DNA of 63,418 nt, filler included, from Saprolegnia diclina VS20 (GCF_000281045.1; 11 parts of 2 records of this genome joined end to end with filler, not necessarily neighbours in it); one strand, 5' to 3'; positions 36,099 to 48,193 are shown, counted from the whole stretch's first letter. A program made the numbers and translations. The notes: generated by a model from the sequence alone, not told the origin.

Positions 36099-36473
36099 AG
36101 CAAGTGGAAGGCGTGGTTCGGCCCGGACAAGCAGCTCGCGGGCTACACGGAGGGCTACACCAACCTCACGTTTACGACGATCAAGGGCGCGGGCCATATG
36201 GTGCCGGCGACGCGACCGCTCCATGCGCTCTACATGTTCGAGTGCTTTATCTTTGGTGATGACGTCTGCAAGACGTTCAAGTTCCCCGTGGACGATCTCG
36301 AGTACTTGACGGGCGCCGTGACGTCGACGGACGGTCTCTCGCTCTGGCAATCGCGCACGTCGCGCGACGCCGGTGTCCTCTTGGCTGTATTTGCGCTCGC
36401 TGTGCTCGTCTTCGGCACTGTGCTTCGCGGCGTGCGTAGTCGCAAGGCCCAGTACACGCGCATTTATACATAG
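36099..36473 (+). CDS. Serine carboxypeptidase (S10) C-terminal fragment with transmembrane anchor; 5' part lost in gap
   Basis: QLAGYTEGYTNLTFTTIKGAGHMVP (catalytic His motif); hydrophobic VLLAVFALAVLVFGTVL; tail YTRIYT*. Confidence 0.85.
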   Translation, partial: SKWKAWFGPDKQLAGYTEGYTNLTFTTIKGAGHMVPATRPLHALYMFECFIFGDDVCKTFKFPVDDLEYLTGAVTSTDGLSLWQSRTSRDAGVLLAVFALAVLVFGTVLRGVRSRKAQYTRIYT

Positions 36474-37369
36474 AGCAGTTCAATTGACATGAGCTTTAAA
36501 GAAATAATCCAACAAGGCAAATGCATCGCGATTATAGCTCAATCATTGTTATGGTGCTGGTTAAAATAGTATGAACAAGCACCGACTTGGAGGCATGAAA
36601 CTTGACAGCGGTAGATCTGGGGTTTGACCGCGCCCCGTTATTAGGCAGAAGTTGCCTCTAGGCCGGAGACAGTGAAAACTTTGCGATCGTGCCAGAAGAA
36701 ACGCGACAAGGACTTTGTGGGATATACTGTGGGATGCACAAAAGAGTGTGAGCGCGCATAGTGACCCCCGACGTCATCTTCACGTTCGTCGTTGGATGAG
36801 GATGCCGTGAGCCGGTGCGGCGCTATAGCGGTCCAAGGTACGCATCATCCCACGCGCATTCTGCTCGCCTTATGCACGAGGTCACGTGCGGTCGTTCACA
36901 GGTACCCTGATCTGGAAGCGCATGTAGAGTGTTTGGCGGGCAATAACCACAAATAATTAGTCGGCCACTTTCTGGCATTAAAGTTGTTGGCTTAATTTTG
37001 AAGAAGCCATTCTCCTGGATCGCGCACGGCGTAAGCTCCCAATGAGCTTGTTGATACGGCTGTGCCATCACACTGCATAACGTCGTAACCATCGTATTAT
37101 ACGGCCCGTTGGTCCGTAGCATAAACTGTGGGCGTCCGTCGGACGACGACAATGTTCACTGCATCCCAACCATAAACTAAACGTCAATCAAACCACCAGA
37201 GACCATCACTCCATCCACAATGCTGGTCACGACGCGCCAAAACAAAGTCAAACGCAAAGTTCGAACTACNNNNNNNNNNNNNNNNNNNNNNNNNNNNNNN
37301 NNNNNNNNNNNNNTTAATTAATTAANNNNNNNNNNNNNNNNNNNNNNNNNNNNNNNNNNNNNNNNNNNN

Positions 37370-39156
37370 TGGTCGGGAGAGACGGGGGATCTTGCCGCGA
37401 CTGCTGGTTGTTGATCTTGCGCGACTTGGCCGCGCTCGCCGTTTGATGTAGATGTCGAAAGTGGCTCAGCAGCGCAGCCCCCAAACAGAGCGGTGCCGTG
37501 ACGAGTGTTGTTGTCGGGGCGGGTGGCGGGGTTGCGACTTGTCTTCTCTCGTGGGTGATTCTAGAGGTAAACATAGTGAGCACTCTTGTGTTGCGCAAGC
37601 GGTGTGAAAGCGCGGCTTGATCCAGTTGCTAGGTCGCCGTGCCAGAGTCGCTGGGAACTGCGGCGCGCATGCACACGTAGGATCTTCGGTTCGCATGAAC
37701 TGTGCATCGGGCGCGATCTCCGCAAGGCGCACGCGTGCTTCGATGCTGCTGGGGCACAAATTTGGCTGAACGTTCAGCGCTGTTGGTGCGCCGGTGTCGA
37801 GGCAAGAGACGTCGGGTCGTCGCTGCCGTCGCCGCATTGGAGTATCGGTGCCGTCGCAGCCGACGTCGGGTCGCTGCTGCCATCGCCGTATCGAAAAGCG
37901 CCGGTGTCGAAGCGAGAAACACCCGGGACGCTGCCGCCGGAGCGTCGGTGTCTGAGCGAGAGACGACCGGGACGCTCCTGCCGTCGTGGGATCGAAGCGC
38001 CGATGTCGAAGCACGAGACGGCCGGGACGCTCCTGCCGTCGTGGGNNNNNNNNNNNNNNNNNNNNNNNNNNNNNNNNNNNNNNNNNNNNNNNNNNNNNNN
38101 NNNNNNNNNNNNNNNNNNNNNNNNNNNNNNNNNNNNNNNNNNNNNNNNNNNNNNNNNNNNNNNNNNNNNNNNNNNNNNNNNNNNNNNNNNNNNNNNNNNN
38201 NNNNNNNNNNNNNNNNNNNNNNNNNNNNNNNNNNNNNNNNNNNNNNNNNNNNNNNNNNNNNNNNNNNNNNNNNNNNNNNNNNNNNNNNNNNNNNNNNNNN
38301 NNNNNNNNNNNNNNNNNNNNNNNNNNNNNNNNNNNNNNNNNNNNNNNNNNNNNNNNNNNNNNNNNNNNNNNNNNNNNNNNNNNNNNNNNNNNNNNNNNNN
38401 NNNNNNNNNNNNNNNNNNNNNNNNNNNNNNNNNNNNNNNNNNNNNNNNNNNNNNNNNNNNNNNNNNNNNNNNNNNNNNNNNNNNNNNNNNNNNNNNNNNN
38501 NNNNNNNNNNNNNNNNNAAGCCGCGCCAGTGTGTGAAGTCGTGCCTCGATGGCGACGGCGTGTAATCTGCCTTGCATCTTGGAGAAGCTGTTGGTCGAGA
38601 GAGACGGGGGATCTTGCCGCGACTGCTGATTGTCGATCTTGCGCGACTTGGCCGCAGTCAATGAAGATGTCGAAAGTGGCTCAGCAACGCAGCCCCCAAA
38701 TAGAGCGGTGCTTGAGGTGCTTGGACGTGACGAGTGCTGTTGTCGGGCGGGCGGGGCTGCGACTTGTCGTCTCTCGTGGGTGATTCTAGAGGTAAACATA
38801 GTGAGCACTCTTGTGTTGCGCGAGCGCTGCGAAAGAACGGCTTGATCCAGTTGCAAGGTCGCCGTGCCAGGGTCGCTGGGTACGGCGGCGCGAATGCACA
38901 CGTAGGATCTTCGGTCCGCACCAACTGGGCATCGGGCGCAATCTCCGCAAGGCGCACGCGTGCTTCGATGCTGTTGGGGCACAATGTTGGCTGAACGTTC
39001 AGCGCTGTTGGTGCGCTGGTGTCGAGGCAAGAGACGTCGGGTCGTCGCTGCCGTCGCCGCATTGGAGTATCGGTGCCGTCGTCGGGTGGCTGCTGGCATC
39101 GCCGTATCGAAAGGCGTCGGTGTCTGAGCGAGAGACGACCGGGACGCTGCTGCCGT
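37370..39156. repeat. Two diverged direct copies of an unclassified ~0.6 kb repeat (37370-38045 and ~38590-39156) with ~40-nt subrepeats at the 3' side
   Basis: Shared blocks such as GTGATTCTAGAGGTAAACATAGTGAGCACTCTTGTGTTGCG and GCTGAACGTTCAGCGCTGTTGGTGCG occur in both; subrepeat core GTGTCGAAGC..GAGAC..CCGGGACGCT. Confidence 0.85.
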
Positions 39157-39877
39157 NNNNNNNNNNNNNNNNNNNNNNNNNNNNNNNNNNNNNNNNNNNN
39201 TTAATTAATTAANNNNNNNNNNNNNNNNNNNNNNNNNNNNNNNNNNNNNNNNNNNNTAGGCTAGAGTGCTCTTCTAGCGTTGCTGTTGCGCGAAAACAGG
39301 GCCTGCCTCCACATAGACTCGAGAAGAAGAGGTTCGAAAAACCAGATCTGAGTTTCAAGCGGCTCCGATCGATTTACACGACGTGGCCCGACCCACCCTC
39401 GCATCAGATTGCGTCTAGTCCGAAAAGCGTTCCTCGGCTTCCAACGTCACATTACAAAGGCGGTAATAGCGCCAAAAGTGGGGCCACAGGGGGCGGTGGA
39501 CATGATTCCACGGAAATACGACTTTGTATATTTTAACACTGTGCGAGACGATTGTCAAAAGCCGAATGCGGTCGTTTTCGCATGAGACTTGTGCGAAAGA
39601 AGTCCATGAATAATGAGTAGTGGGTTTCTTCACATCGTAGATAGATCAGGTCTCACGGATCATGCTGCCTTTCAAATTCAATAATTCAATAAAAATGTCC
39701 TGGAAACAGATGTTACCATGCACCACTCTGCAGGCAAACTTCAAGCGCTTCACGCGAAATCTCACTGTGGAGCCAAGCGTACGAAGCCAATCTACTTTTC
39801 CCGCCGCCGCGAACTCTGGCCCACCCGATCTCACTTTTCCTTTTCGCTTCTCTTATACAAGCACCACCTCCACCGAC

Positions 39878-41515
39878 ATGCGCACTGCCATCATCTTTGC
39901 GACGATCATGGCTGCGACCACCAACGCCAACGCCAAGCTCACGCCCGCCGAGCGCAAGGAGCTCACGGCCGACTTGAAGCAGTGGCAGACCCTCTTTGGC
40001 GACTCTGCGCAACGCAACGGCTTCGTTCCCGAAGGTCTCAGCCTCGACACGCCCAACGACGAGCTCCTCGTCCGCATGAAGGCCGCCAAGCAGCGCGTGC
40101 CCGAGCTCGCCAAGGAGAACCCGGACGCCTCCTTCACCCACCTCTCGCCGCTCGCGCTCCTCACCAAGGACGAGTTCAAGCACTACGTCATGAAGTCGTT
40201 CAAGCGCGGCAAGCGCGCGCTCCGAGCCGACAAGGTCGACTGGGCCAGCGTCGGCGCCGCGTCGGCCTCTGGCAACGTGGACTGGACCAAGGACTCCAAG
40301 TGCGTCAACCCCGTCAAGAACCAGGGCAACTGCGGGTCGTGCTGGGCCTTCTCGGCAACGGGCACTGTCGAGTCGGCGCACTGCATTGCGACTGGGACGC
40401 TCCTCGACCTATCGGACCAGCAGACCACGAGCTGCGCCAAGAACGGCAACATGGGCTGCGACGGCGGCCTCGAAGACCGCGCCATCACGTGGATCCACGA
40501 CAACGGCGGCATCTGTCTCTCCAAGGACTACCCGTACACGTCCGGCAAATCCGGCCAAACCGGCTCGTGCAAGTCGTCGTGCACCAAGCAGAAGCTCGCG
40601 ATTGGCGCGACTGTCAACATCAAGGGCGAGGGACCGCTCGAGACGGCGCTCAAGACGCAGCCGGTGGCTGTTGCCGTCGAGGCTGGCAACGACGTGTGGC
40701 AGTACTACAAGGGCGGCGTGGTGTCGCAGTGCCCGGGCGCGCAGTCGGACCACGCCGTGATTGCGGTCGGGTACGGCTCGGAGAACGGCAAGGACTTTTT
40801 CAAGATCCGCAACTCGTGGGGTGCCAACTGGGGCGAGAAGGGCTACATCAAGCTCCAGCGCGGTGTCGGTGGCAAGGGCATGTGCAACGTGGCCGAAGAG
40901 CCGGCGTACCCCAAGATCACGGCGGGCCCGACGAGCAAGCCGACCGAGTACCCCACCGATGCTCCGTCGGATGAGCCCACCGATGAGCCTTCGGATGAAC
41001 CGTCGGACGAGCCTTCGGATGAACCGTCCGACGAGCCTTCGGATGAACCGTCCGACGAGCCTTCGGATGAACCGTCCGACGAGCCCACTGACGAACCGTC
41101 TGATGAGCCCACGGATGAACCGTCGGATGAACCATCCGACGAGCCCTCTGACGAACCGTCTGACGAGCCCACCGACGAGCCCTCTGATTACCCGTCGGAC
41201 GAGCCTTCGGACGAGCCTTCGGATGAGCCCTCTGACGAGCCTTCAGATGAACCGTCTGATGAACCGTCTGATGAGCCTTCGGATGAGCCGTCTGATGAAC
41301 CGTCTGACGAACCTTCGGACGAGCCTTCCGATGAGCCTTCAGATGAGCCGACGGACGAACCCACCGAGTACCCGACTGAAGAACCGACCGAGGAGCCGAC
41401 GCCTGCTCCCTGCCGCACGACGCGTCGCCCGCACCACCCGCACCACCCGCACCACACGCACCGCCCGACCCCGACTGGCAACGGCATTGGCGCTGAGCTC
41501 CCGCGCTACGGCTAA
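39878..41515 (+). CDS. Secreted papain-family (C1A) cysteine protease with an acidic (DEPS/DEPT)n tail
   Basis: Signal peptide [51 protein letters not shown]. Confidence 0.95.
   Translation: MRTAIIFATIMAATTNANAKLTPAERKELTADLKQWQTLFGDSAQRNGFVPEGLSLDTPNDELLVRMKAAKQRVPELAKENPDASFTHLSPLALLTKDEFKHYVMKSFKRGKRALRADKVDWASVGAASASGNVDWTKDSKCVNPVKNQGNCGSCWAFSATGTVESAHCIATGTLLDLSDQQTTSCAKNGNMGCDGGLEDRAITWIHDNGGICLSKDYPYTSGKSGQTGSCKSSCTKQKLAIGATVNIKGEGPLETALKTQPVAVAVEAGNDVWQYYKGGVVSQCPGAQSDHAVIAVGYGSENGKDFFKIRNSWGANWGEKGYIKLQRGVGGKGMCNVAEEPAYPKITAGPTSKPTEYPTDAPSDEPTDEPSDEPSDEPSDEPSDEPSDEPSDEPSDEPSDEPTDEPSDEPTDEPSDEPSDEPSDEPSDEPTDEPSDYPSDEPSDEPSDEPSDEPSDEPSDEPSDEPSDEPSDEPSDEPSDEPSDEPSDEPTDEPTEYPTEEPTEEPTPAPCRTTRRPHHPHHPHHTHRPTPTGNGIGAELPRYG
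40940..41400 (+). repeat. Coding 12-nt tandem repeat (Asp-Glu-Pro-Ser/Thr), roughly 35 units
   Basis: GAYGARCCNWSN units with varied synonymous codons. Confidence 0.95.
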
Positions 41516-42247
41516 ATTGTCGAGCGATTGTGCCTTCTTGTTAATATCAGTGAATTGTTTCATACGCCCTACTTGTACTGTACCACCCATTCAATCCCGC
41601 TAACCGTCGCAACTTGTAGTCACTGGTAACAATATCAATGATGTAGAAAACCATGATCTCTGGACGACCCGACTCCGTGCAACCTGTTGCCTGTTGCAAT
41701 TCCAAGCAGCAAACACTCCAAACACTTCTAGTACTAGTATTATTGTCGTCGACAAAAAGTAATTCAGGAATCGCGCTTGTTGCCAGCAAAGGGGGCAAAG
41801 GAGGTGGATTACCACGCCTGCCATGGGTTGGCGAGGTGGTGCCCCAGTGATAGGTGATCGGCGTCGTTGGCGGCTGCTTGGCGATGGTATGCGCCGGTGG
41901 ACCGAGGGCTGTGCTTGTGCTCTTGACGCCTCGTCTTGGTGATTGCGTTCGTCTCGGTGTCGCTCGCGACTGACGGTCGGGCGTCGTCGTTCGTAGTGAG
42001 GCGTCGCGTGGAAAACGTGGTGCATCTTGCTCGCTGCAGTTCTTCAGAGTCGCGCCAACGAGCCTTGGCGTTGGCTGCTGCGTGCAAACGTGGCGGTGCT
42101 TGTCGTCTGCGTCGGTGCTGATGTCAAGCATCACCTGGTCGGCGTCCNNNNNNNNNNNNNNNNNNNNNNNNNNNNNNNNNNNNNNNNNNNNTTAATTAAT
42201 TAANNNNNNNNNNNNNNNNNNNNNNNNNNNNNNNNNNNNNNNNNNNN

Positions 42248-43155
42248 TTCTCCGAGCCGTACCCGACCGCAATCACGGCGTGATCGACCTGCGCGCCAGG
42301 ACACTTGGAGATGACACCGCTCTTGTAGAGCTGCCACACTTGGTTGCCAGCCTCGACGGCCACAGAGACCGGCTGCGTCTTGAGCGCCGTCTCGAGCGGC
42401 CCCTCGCCCTTGATGTTGACAGTCGCGCCAATCGCAAGCTTCTGCTTGGTGCACGACGATTTGCACGAGCCGGTTTGGCCGGATTTGCCCGACGTGTACG
42501 GGTAGTCCTTGGAGAGACAGATGCCGCCGTTGTCGTGGATCCACGTGATGGCGCGGTCTTCGAGGCCGCCTTCGCAGCCCAAGTTGCCGTTCTTGGCGCA
42601 GCTCGTGGTCTGCTGGTCCGAGAGGTCGAGGAGCGTCCCAGTCGCAATGCAGTGCGCCGACTCGACAGTGCCCGTTGCCGAGAAGGCCCAGCACGACCCG
42701 CAGTTGCCCTGGTTCTTGACGGGGTTGACGCACTTGGAGTCCTTGGTCCAGTCCACGCCACCAGAGGCCGACGCGGCGCCGACGCTGGCCCAGTCGACCT
42801 TGTCGGCTCGGAGCGCGCGCTTGCCGCGCTTGAACGACTTCATGACGTAGTGCTTGAACTCGTCCTTGGTGAGGAGCGCGAGCGGCGAGAGGTGGGTGAA
42901 GGAGGCGTCCGGGTTCTCCTTGGCGAGCTCGGGCACGCGCTGCTTGGCGGCCTTCATGCGGACGAGGAGCTCGTCGTTGGGCGTGTCGAGGCTGAGACCT
43001 TCGGGAACGAAGCCGTTGCGTTGCGCAGAGTCGCCAAAGAGGGTCTGCCACTGCTTCAAGTCGGCCGTGAGCTCCTTGCGCTCGGCGGGCGTGAGCTTGG
43101 CGTTGGCGTTGGTGGTCGCAGCCATGATCGTCGCAAAGATGATGGCAGTGCGCAT
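42248..43155 (-). CDS. Second papain-family cysteine protease (near-identical paralog or allele), 3' end lost in gap
   Basis: Identical signal peptide and prodomain; [25 protein letters not shown]. Confidence 0.92.
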
Positions 43156-44777
43156 GTCGGTGGAGGTGGTGCTTGTATAAGAGAAGCGAAAAGGAAAAGT
43201 GAGATCGGGTTGCGACGGCGGGAACGAGTGTCTAGGTAGCCCCGTCAAGAAGATCCGAAATCATGTCGCACGATGCTGTCGAAGAAATCATTTGTTTTGC
43301 AGCAAGATGCGAGGAGAAGAATGCGTCGACTTGCGGCGTGTTTTGTACGGTACGCAAAGCTGAATCGGGCTCGAGCCGCCACGACTTGTCACAGNNNNNN
43401 NNNNNNNNNNNNNNNNNNNNNNNNNNNNNNNNNNNNNNTTAATTAATTAANNNNNNNNNNNNNNNNNNNNNNNNNNNNNNNNNNNNNNNNNNNNAAAAAT
43501 ACGCGATGACGACAAGAACCGCCTCTTGATACCGCGTTAGCAGGACGCCTTGGTGAGAAAATGCAGACGACGATTACTTCGCTCGTTGATACTCGGCGTT
43601 GATACTCGGCGTTGTATGTCCCCAAAACAGCGCTCAAGAGACGACCAAAAAGTCTCAAGAAGAAAAAGACCCCGCAATCAATCGCCGGGCCATCTACGTT
43701 GGAGCTTGTGGTGGCTTCCGCTGTGCAACGCAAACAACGCAGCGAGGGGAGAGCCATCCAGGAAGCAGGAAGTTGTATTGTGTTATGCCACGAAAGTAGA
43801 TTGTGAACTGAGACTATGGAGGCCAACATTGGGGACAGAACGATAGGCTGTGCCGGATGAGGCCACGAGGCTCTTTGATGGGTCACGACCGTATAGGGTC
43901 GCTACCGGTCCTCATCCGTACATGGCACCTTCTTATTCACACCACACATACTCTAGGCTACTCGCTTCCTGGAGTCGGAACTCTCCACGCTTGCATCCAC
44001 CTGGCATGGCTTGACCAAACAAGACACAACAAGCCCCTCAACACAAAGGGATGCCGCTGTCAACTTTGCACCGCATCACGCCAACGAACTGACGGGCTGG
44101 TGCTGATTGGATGTCGAAGTCAAAGCACGGTGCACGTGTAGCGTTGACCGTGCCGTGACGGGGCACCGCATCGACGCCACGCATCGCATTCTGTGAATGA
44201 CCACCGTAGTACACCGGTGTCAGACACAGATTTTGGAACGTGTTCCCCCTTGTGCGCTTGGCGGTTGGCCGACAGTGATAGACACGAGTGAACATGGCGC
44301 CGATGGCTTCCATTGTAGCGTCATATGACCGACCGCCGTTAAAATTGTACCATTTGGGTTAATATCTGATTCCTTCTACAGACACGTCGGTCCAACCGTG
44401 CAGTACTCGCGGCTTTCGGCGTTTCAGAACGATAAACAATAGCACACCGATAAATCGAACGATCTCCCTGACGTTTCATGATCGTACAAGTTGTCTTTTT
44501 GGCCTCGTTGGCCACGCGCGCTGTCCGGTATAGCACTGTGGACATGAAACGGTTTGCGGTTTCAAATGTGTCGGCGCCATCCGCCGGCGCGTCATACTTT
44601 GTACAAGGAACGGCGCGAGTCCGACCTGGCCGTGCCTCTCTCGGAAAATAGTGTGATGACGTCTTCGGCCGACCGTGCCACCTGTTGCAGGGTTTGTGAC
44701 TGTTTGGGTACATAGGACTCGTGCCGAAAAGAAGACAGGTGACAAGCGAGTTTTTGTTTGCAAGCGTCCCGACACCC

Positions 44778-45050
44778 ATGCCGTCCCAGCGCGAACGATA
44801 CCGCACCTACTACTACCGCCATCGCGGCGCGATTCTCGAGCGCATGCGCACTCGGTACGCTGACAACCGAGAGAAGGAGCAGGATCGGCAGCGCGACAAG
44901 TACTTGCGACTCAAGGCGCACAGGCAGGCCGCATCAACGTCCCTTCGACTCGCCTTTATCCTCAACAAGGCACCGGCGCCACGGTTTGAGAACCGACGAC
45001 TCGCTTTGAACTACATACTAAACGAAGAGCCGCATGTAATAGACGCTTAA
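44778..45050 (+). CDS. Small basic protein (90 aa) with an R/Y-rich helix and two L-x-L-x-x-I-L-N motifs
   Basis: MPSQRERYRTYYYRHRGAILERMRTRYADNREKEQDRQR...LRLAFILN...LALNYILN; coding-like codon usage and CCCATG start context. Confidence 0.62.
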   Translation: MPSQRERYRTYYYRHRGAILERMRTRYADNREKEQDRQRDKYLRLKAHRQAASTSLRLAFILNKAPAPRFENRRLALNYILNEEPHVIDA

Positions 45051-45535
45051 AAGGCAAAGTTGGCCACATGTATTGGCGATGCGCTGCTCGTTTGGATGCC
45101 ACCGTTGAGCGCCCTGTGTACTAGTACCAAATACGCCTATCTACGTCCGGCACCAAAGGCTGGCGCCATTTCGCTTGCTCTCTGCCGCAGATGGCATGTT
45201 CTTTGATTAACTCATTCATTGTGCAGGATACGCATGCTAACCCACTTCAACACCCACCGATGAACACCCAACCCTACGACCTTTCATCTGGAATGAGAAT
45301 CAGAGCTGCTCACGTCACACCCTACGACGGTGGACCAAGCTGCCTCGTATGAACCACTCTGTCCTGTGCCTGCCCGCCGTCGTTGCGCACGAGGTATGGT
45401 GGTTGGTATGTCGTTCAAGTGTGTTGAAGGTCTGCGCTTGAAAAAAAGAAGTAGTATCGAATGCAAAACCCCTTCGTGTTGAGGATACGACACCACTAGA
45501 CACCATGCAGCGACTCGGCCATTGCTGCTTCCACT

Positions 45536-47257
45536 TTACTTCTTGACGATACACGAGCCGTTGACCGTGCCCTTGCCACCGGCGATGCGGTAGCACTTGG
45601 TCGACGGCAAAATGGCCATAATGTTGCTCGTCATCGCAAACGAGAGCGCACCAAAGAAAACGACGATGAGGATTGCACCGGCGAGCTTGCTCTTGCCACC
45701 GCGCTTCTTGAGTTCTTGCATCTGCGCCTTCTGCGGCGGAAGCATCCAGAGCCACCCGAGCGCCGCGATCTTGCAGCCAAACGAGATCAAGTAGCAGTAG
45801 GTCACCTCCCAGCGAATTTCCGTCGTGTCCTTCTTGATGTCGTTGAGCGACACCTTGAAGAACGAGTCAATGTACTTGTAGATGACTGACGCGAACGGGC
45901 CCGCGAGGTTCGAGATGGTCGTGACGAGGCCATACGTGGCGCCTTCGTTGCCCACGTCGGCAATTTCAACCGCGCAATAGGTCGAGATGATAAAGCGGAC
46001 TCCGGCGGGAACGTTATCGGCGAGCGCGACACCCGTAAAGAACCACTGGTTGCGGAAGACGTCCCAGATCGTGATGAAGAGCACAAAGCCGTCAATGAGA
46101 ATGATGCCAATCGCGCCGGCCGCGATCGTGTAGCGCCAGTTCCAGTTGAGACCCCACTTGCCGACGGCCGCGAGAATACCGGCAAAGATAAGGCTCCCAA
46201 GGACACCCGAGAGCGAGTCGTTGAGCGGCTCGACTTTGGCCCAGACGCTCTGGATCGGGCTCCCGGGGGTGGCGCCAATGCCCGAGAAGCAGTTGCTAAT
46301 GAAGCGGAACGCGCAGATCTGCCACATGACGCGTTGCTGGAGGAGGTTCCAGAACATGCTGAGCCACTCACCGAGCGGTGTGCGCGGCGTCTTCTTCTCG
46401 ACGACAACAAAGATGGTCGTCAAGACCACAAAGACACACGGGATGAGGCAGATGCCGAAAATAACGTTCGGACCGACCGAGAACGTGAACGTGCCGCCGT
46501 ACTCCTTGCCGTTCAGGAAGAAGGCAATCACGAGCTGCGAGAGAATGCCCGTGAGCGTGCGGACCGTGTAAATCGCGGTTTGGACGCGGCCACGGATCGC
46601 GATCGGCTCGCGTTGGGCGTACTCGACGACCATCGCGTCAGACGCGCAGGCCGCAATGACGTAGCCAAACGAGACAAACATCGAGAGGAGGATGAAGAGC
46701 GTGCCGCGGTTGGGCGCCTCTAGGTCAAAGTACTTAGCGACGTCGGCGGGCTTGACTTTCTCGATGGGGAGGTCGCAGAGGTCGTTCGCGAGGCGGCGGT
46801 CGCAGTACGGCGCCCCGAACGGCGAGAACGTCATGATGGCCAAGCAGATCATTGTGATCGTCCACCCGATGAGCATCCACGATTTGCGGCGGTAGCCAAA
46901 GATGGGAAAGCAGTCCGAGAGCATGCCCCAGAAGACCTTGAACGACCAGCCCGTGGTGACGAGCACGCCGTACGACGCGGTCTGGTACCCTTCCATGCCG
47001 AGGTAGTTGGTGTACAGCGCATACGAGAGGTACGGAATCATGCCATAAATGATACCAATCGCGCCGTACTGCGAAAAGAGACCAAACGCTTCGCGCGAAA
47101 AAAGGTGCAGCGCGCCGCCCTCGACAAGCGCGCCGTCTTCCAGCTCACCGGGCGTCTTGGCGTCGGCGTACCCGTCCTTCTCGGCGTCATGCGGCGTGGT
47201 CGAGGCGATGTACGAGACGCGCTCCTCGAGGTCGAGCTTTCCGGCTAGTTGCGCCAT
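45536..47257 (-). CDS. Folate-biopterin transporter (BT1/FBT family, MFS-like), 573 aa, intronless
   Basis: WSFKVFWGMLSDCFPIFGYRRKSWM, ASDAMVVEYAQREP..IRGRVQT, GNEGATYGLVTT; about 12 TM segments. Confidence 0.92.
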   Translation of the reverse strand: MAQLAGKLDLEERVSYIASTTPHDAEKDGYADAKTPGELEDGALVEGGALHLFSREAFGLFSQYGAIGIIYGMIPYLSYALYTNYLGMEGYQTASYGVLVTTGWSFKVFWGMLSDCFPIFGYRRKSWMLIGWTITMICLAIMTFSPFGAPYCDRRLANDLCDLPIEKVKPADVAKYFDLEAPNRGTLFILLSMFVSFGYVIAACASDAMVVEYAQREPIAIRGRVQTAIYTVRTLTGILSQLVIAFFLNGKEYGGTFTFSVGPNVIFGICLIPCVFVVLTTIFVVVEKKTPRTPLGEWLSMFWNLLQQRVMWQICAFRFISNCFSGIGATPGSPIQSVWAKVEPLNDSLSGVLGSLIFAGILAAVGKWGLNWNWRYTIAAGAIGIILIDGFVLFITIWDVFRNQWFFTGVALADNVPAGVRFIISTYCAVEIADVGNEGATYGLVTTISNLAGPFASVIYKYIDSFFKVSLNDIKKDTTEIRWEVTYCYLISFGCKIAALGWLWMLPPQKAQMQELKKRGGKSKLAGAILIVVFFGALSFAMTSNIMAILPSTKCYRIAGGKGTVNGSCIVKK

Positions 47258-47262
47258 GATGG

Positions 47263-47281
47263 AGCAAATTGGAAAATGAGC
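47263..47281 (-). promoter_or_regulatory. Oomycete core promoter INR + FPR
   Basis: Minus strand GCTCATTTTCCAATTTGCT matches the consensus GCTCATTYYNCAWTTTNYY, just upstream of the BT1 ATG. Weaker matches precede the SET genes (~26975, ~28854) and the papain gene (~39830). Confidence 0.75.
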
Positions 47282-48193
47282 TGGGATGGCGCAGTCGAAT
47301 GCGAGAGGAGGTCGCTGCTGATGGCAACTCAGATCGCTAGCACAGGCGTGAAAGCAGCTGACTACACCTAGTAATCTAGAAATCTGCTTTGGACGATATC
47401 CTTTTGTGGGTGAGCGGTCGCCACCCACTACCCCGGCGTCACTGTCCCACCCGTTGGTCGACATAGAAGCATGTAACCAATCGATGAAGAGTACTAGTAT
47501 ACGAAAAAGTGCGTGATCTCTCTACGGCGATTCGACAAGTCTGTCGCTATTTGAAAGAATGGTATTATGGTGTATCGCACCACTACTTGGATCCTGGATG
47601 CCCCCGCACAGGACAAACTATGTTATGCTGTATATGTTATCACTGTGCAGCGAGTTATAGCGAAAGACCCGTCGTGGCAGTTTCAACACTTGCAGTCGGT
47701 GGACACTGACAACAGCTGCTGCTCGACGGCTTGCAGAACGTGACGGCAGAAGGAAAATCACACGTGGAGCGTCGATATCTTCGGTACATTGGGGTACCTT
47801 CCTGTCGCTGCCAGAGGCACGGCTGCGTGGTCAGAACATTATGTGCACGGTAACATCAAGAACGTCACCTTCAACGCCACCACCTCGCCCGGCTCGTTTG
47901 TTTGAACCAGACGATGCAACCCGTAGTTACGGCCGACTGCAAAGTTCATTATTAGGTTGTATAGCCTAGTTTCAAGTCGATGGAATGGACCGTGAGATGG
48001 TTGCGAGCACCACAGCCGACGAGCTCGCAAAACACCTGCGCGATTTGTACGGTGGTACATGCACAGAACGTGCCCCTTCAACTTTTGACGCTGACAGCTA
48101 ACGGTCCCAATCTGCTCTGTTGCAACATGTGCTGGCTCCATCTGTTGGCCCCCGCTGACGTGGTCGACTTGAAGATATGACGACGGATCGTAG

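Noticed and set aside
36823..37152. 109-aa Cys-containing ORF
   Set aside because: No ATG start or family motif recognised; unsupported
40940..41400. Regular repeat as a CRISPR array, or CTGATGAG/CTGACGAG as hammerhead cores
   Set aside because: It is an in-frame 12-nt coding repeat with no spacers or ribozyme stems, in a eukaryotic gene
41547..42147. Missing 3' tail of the second papain gene
   Set aside because: No similarity to the papain C-terminus or DEPS repeat, and separated from it by a linker
43586..43614. 13-bp tandem duplication TTGATACTCGGCG x2 as a transposon footprint
   Set aside because: Isolated micro-duplication with no associated element; simple slippage suffices
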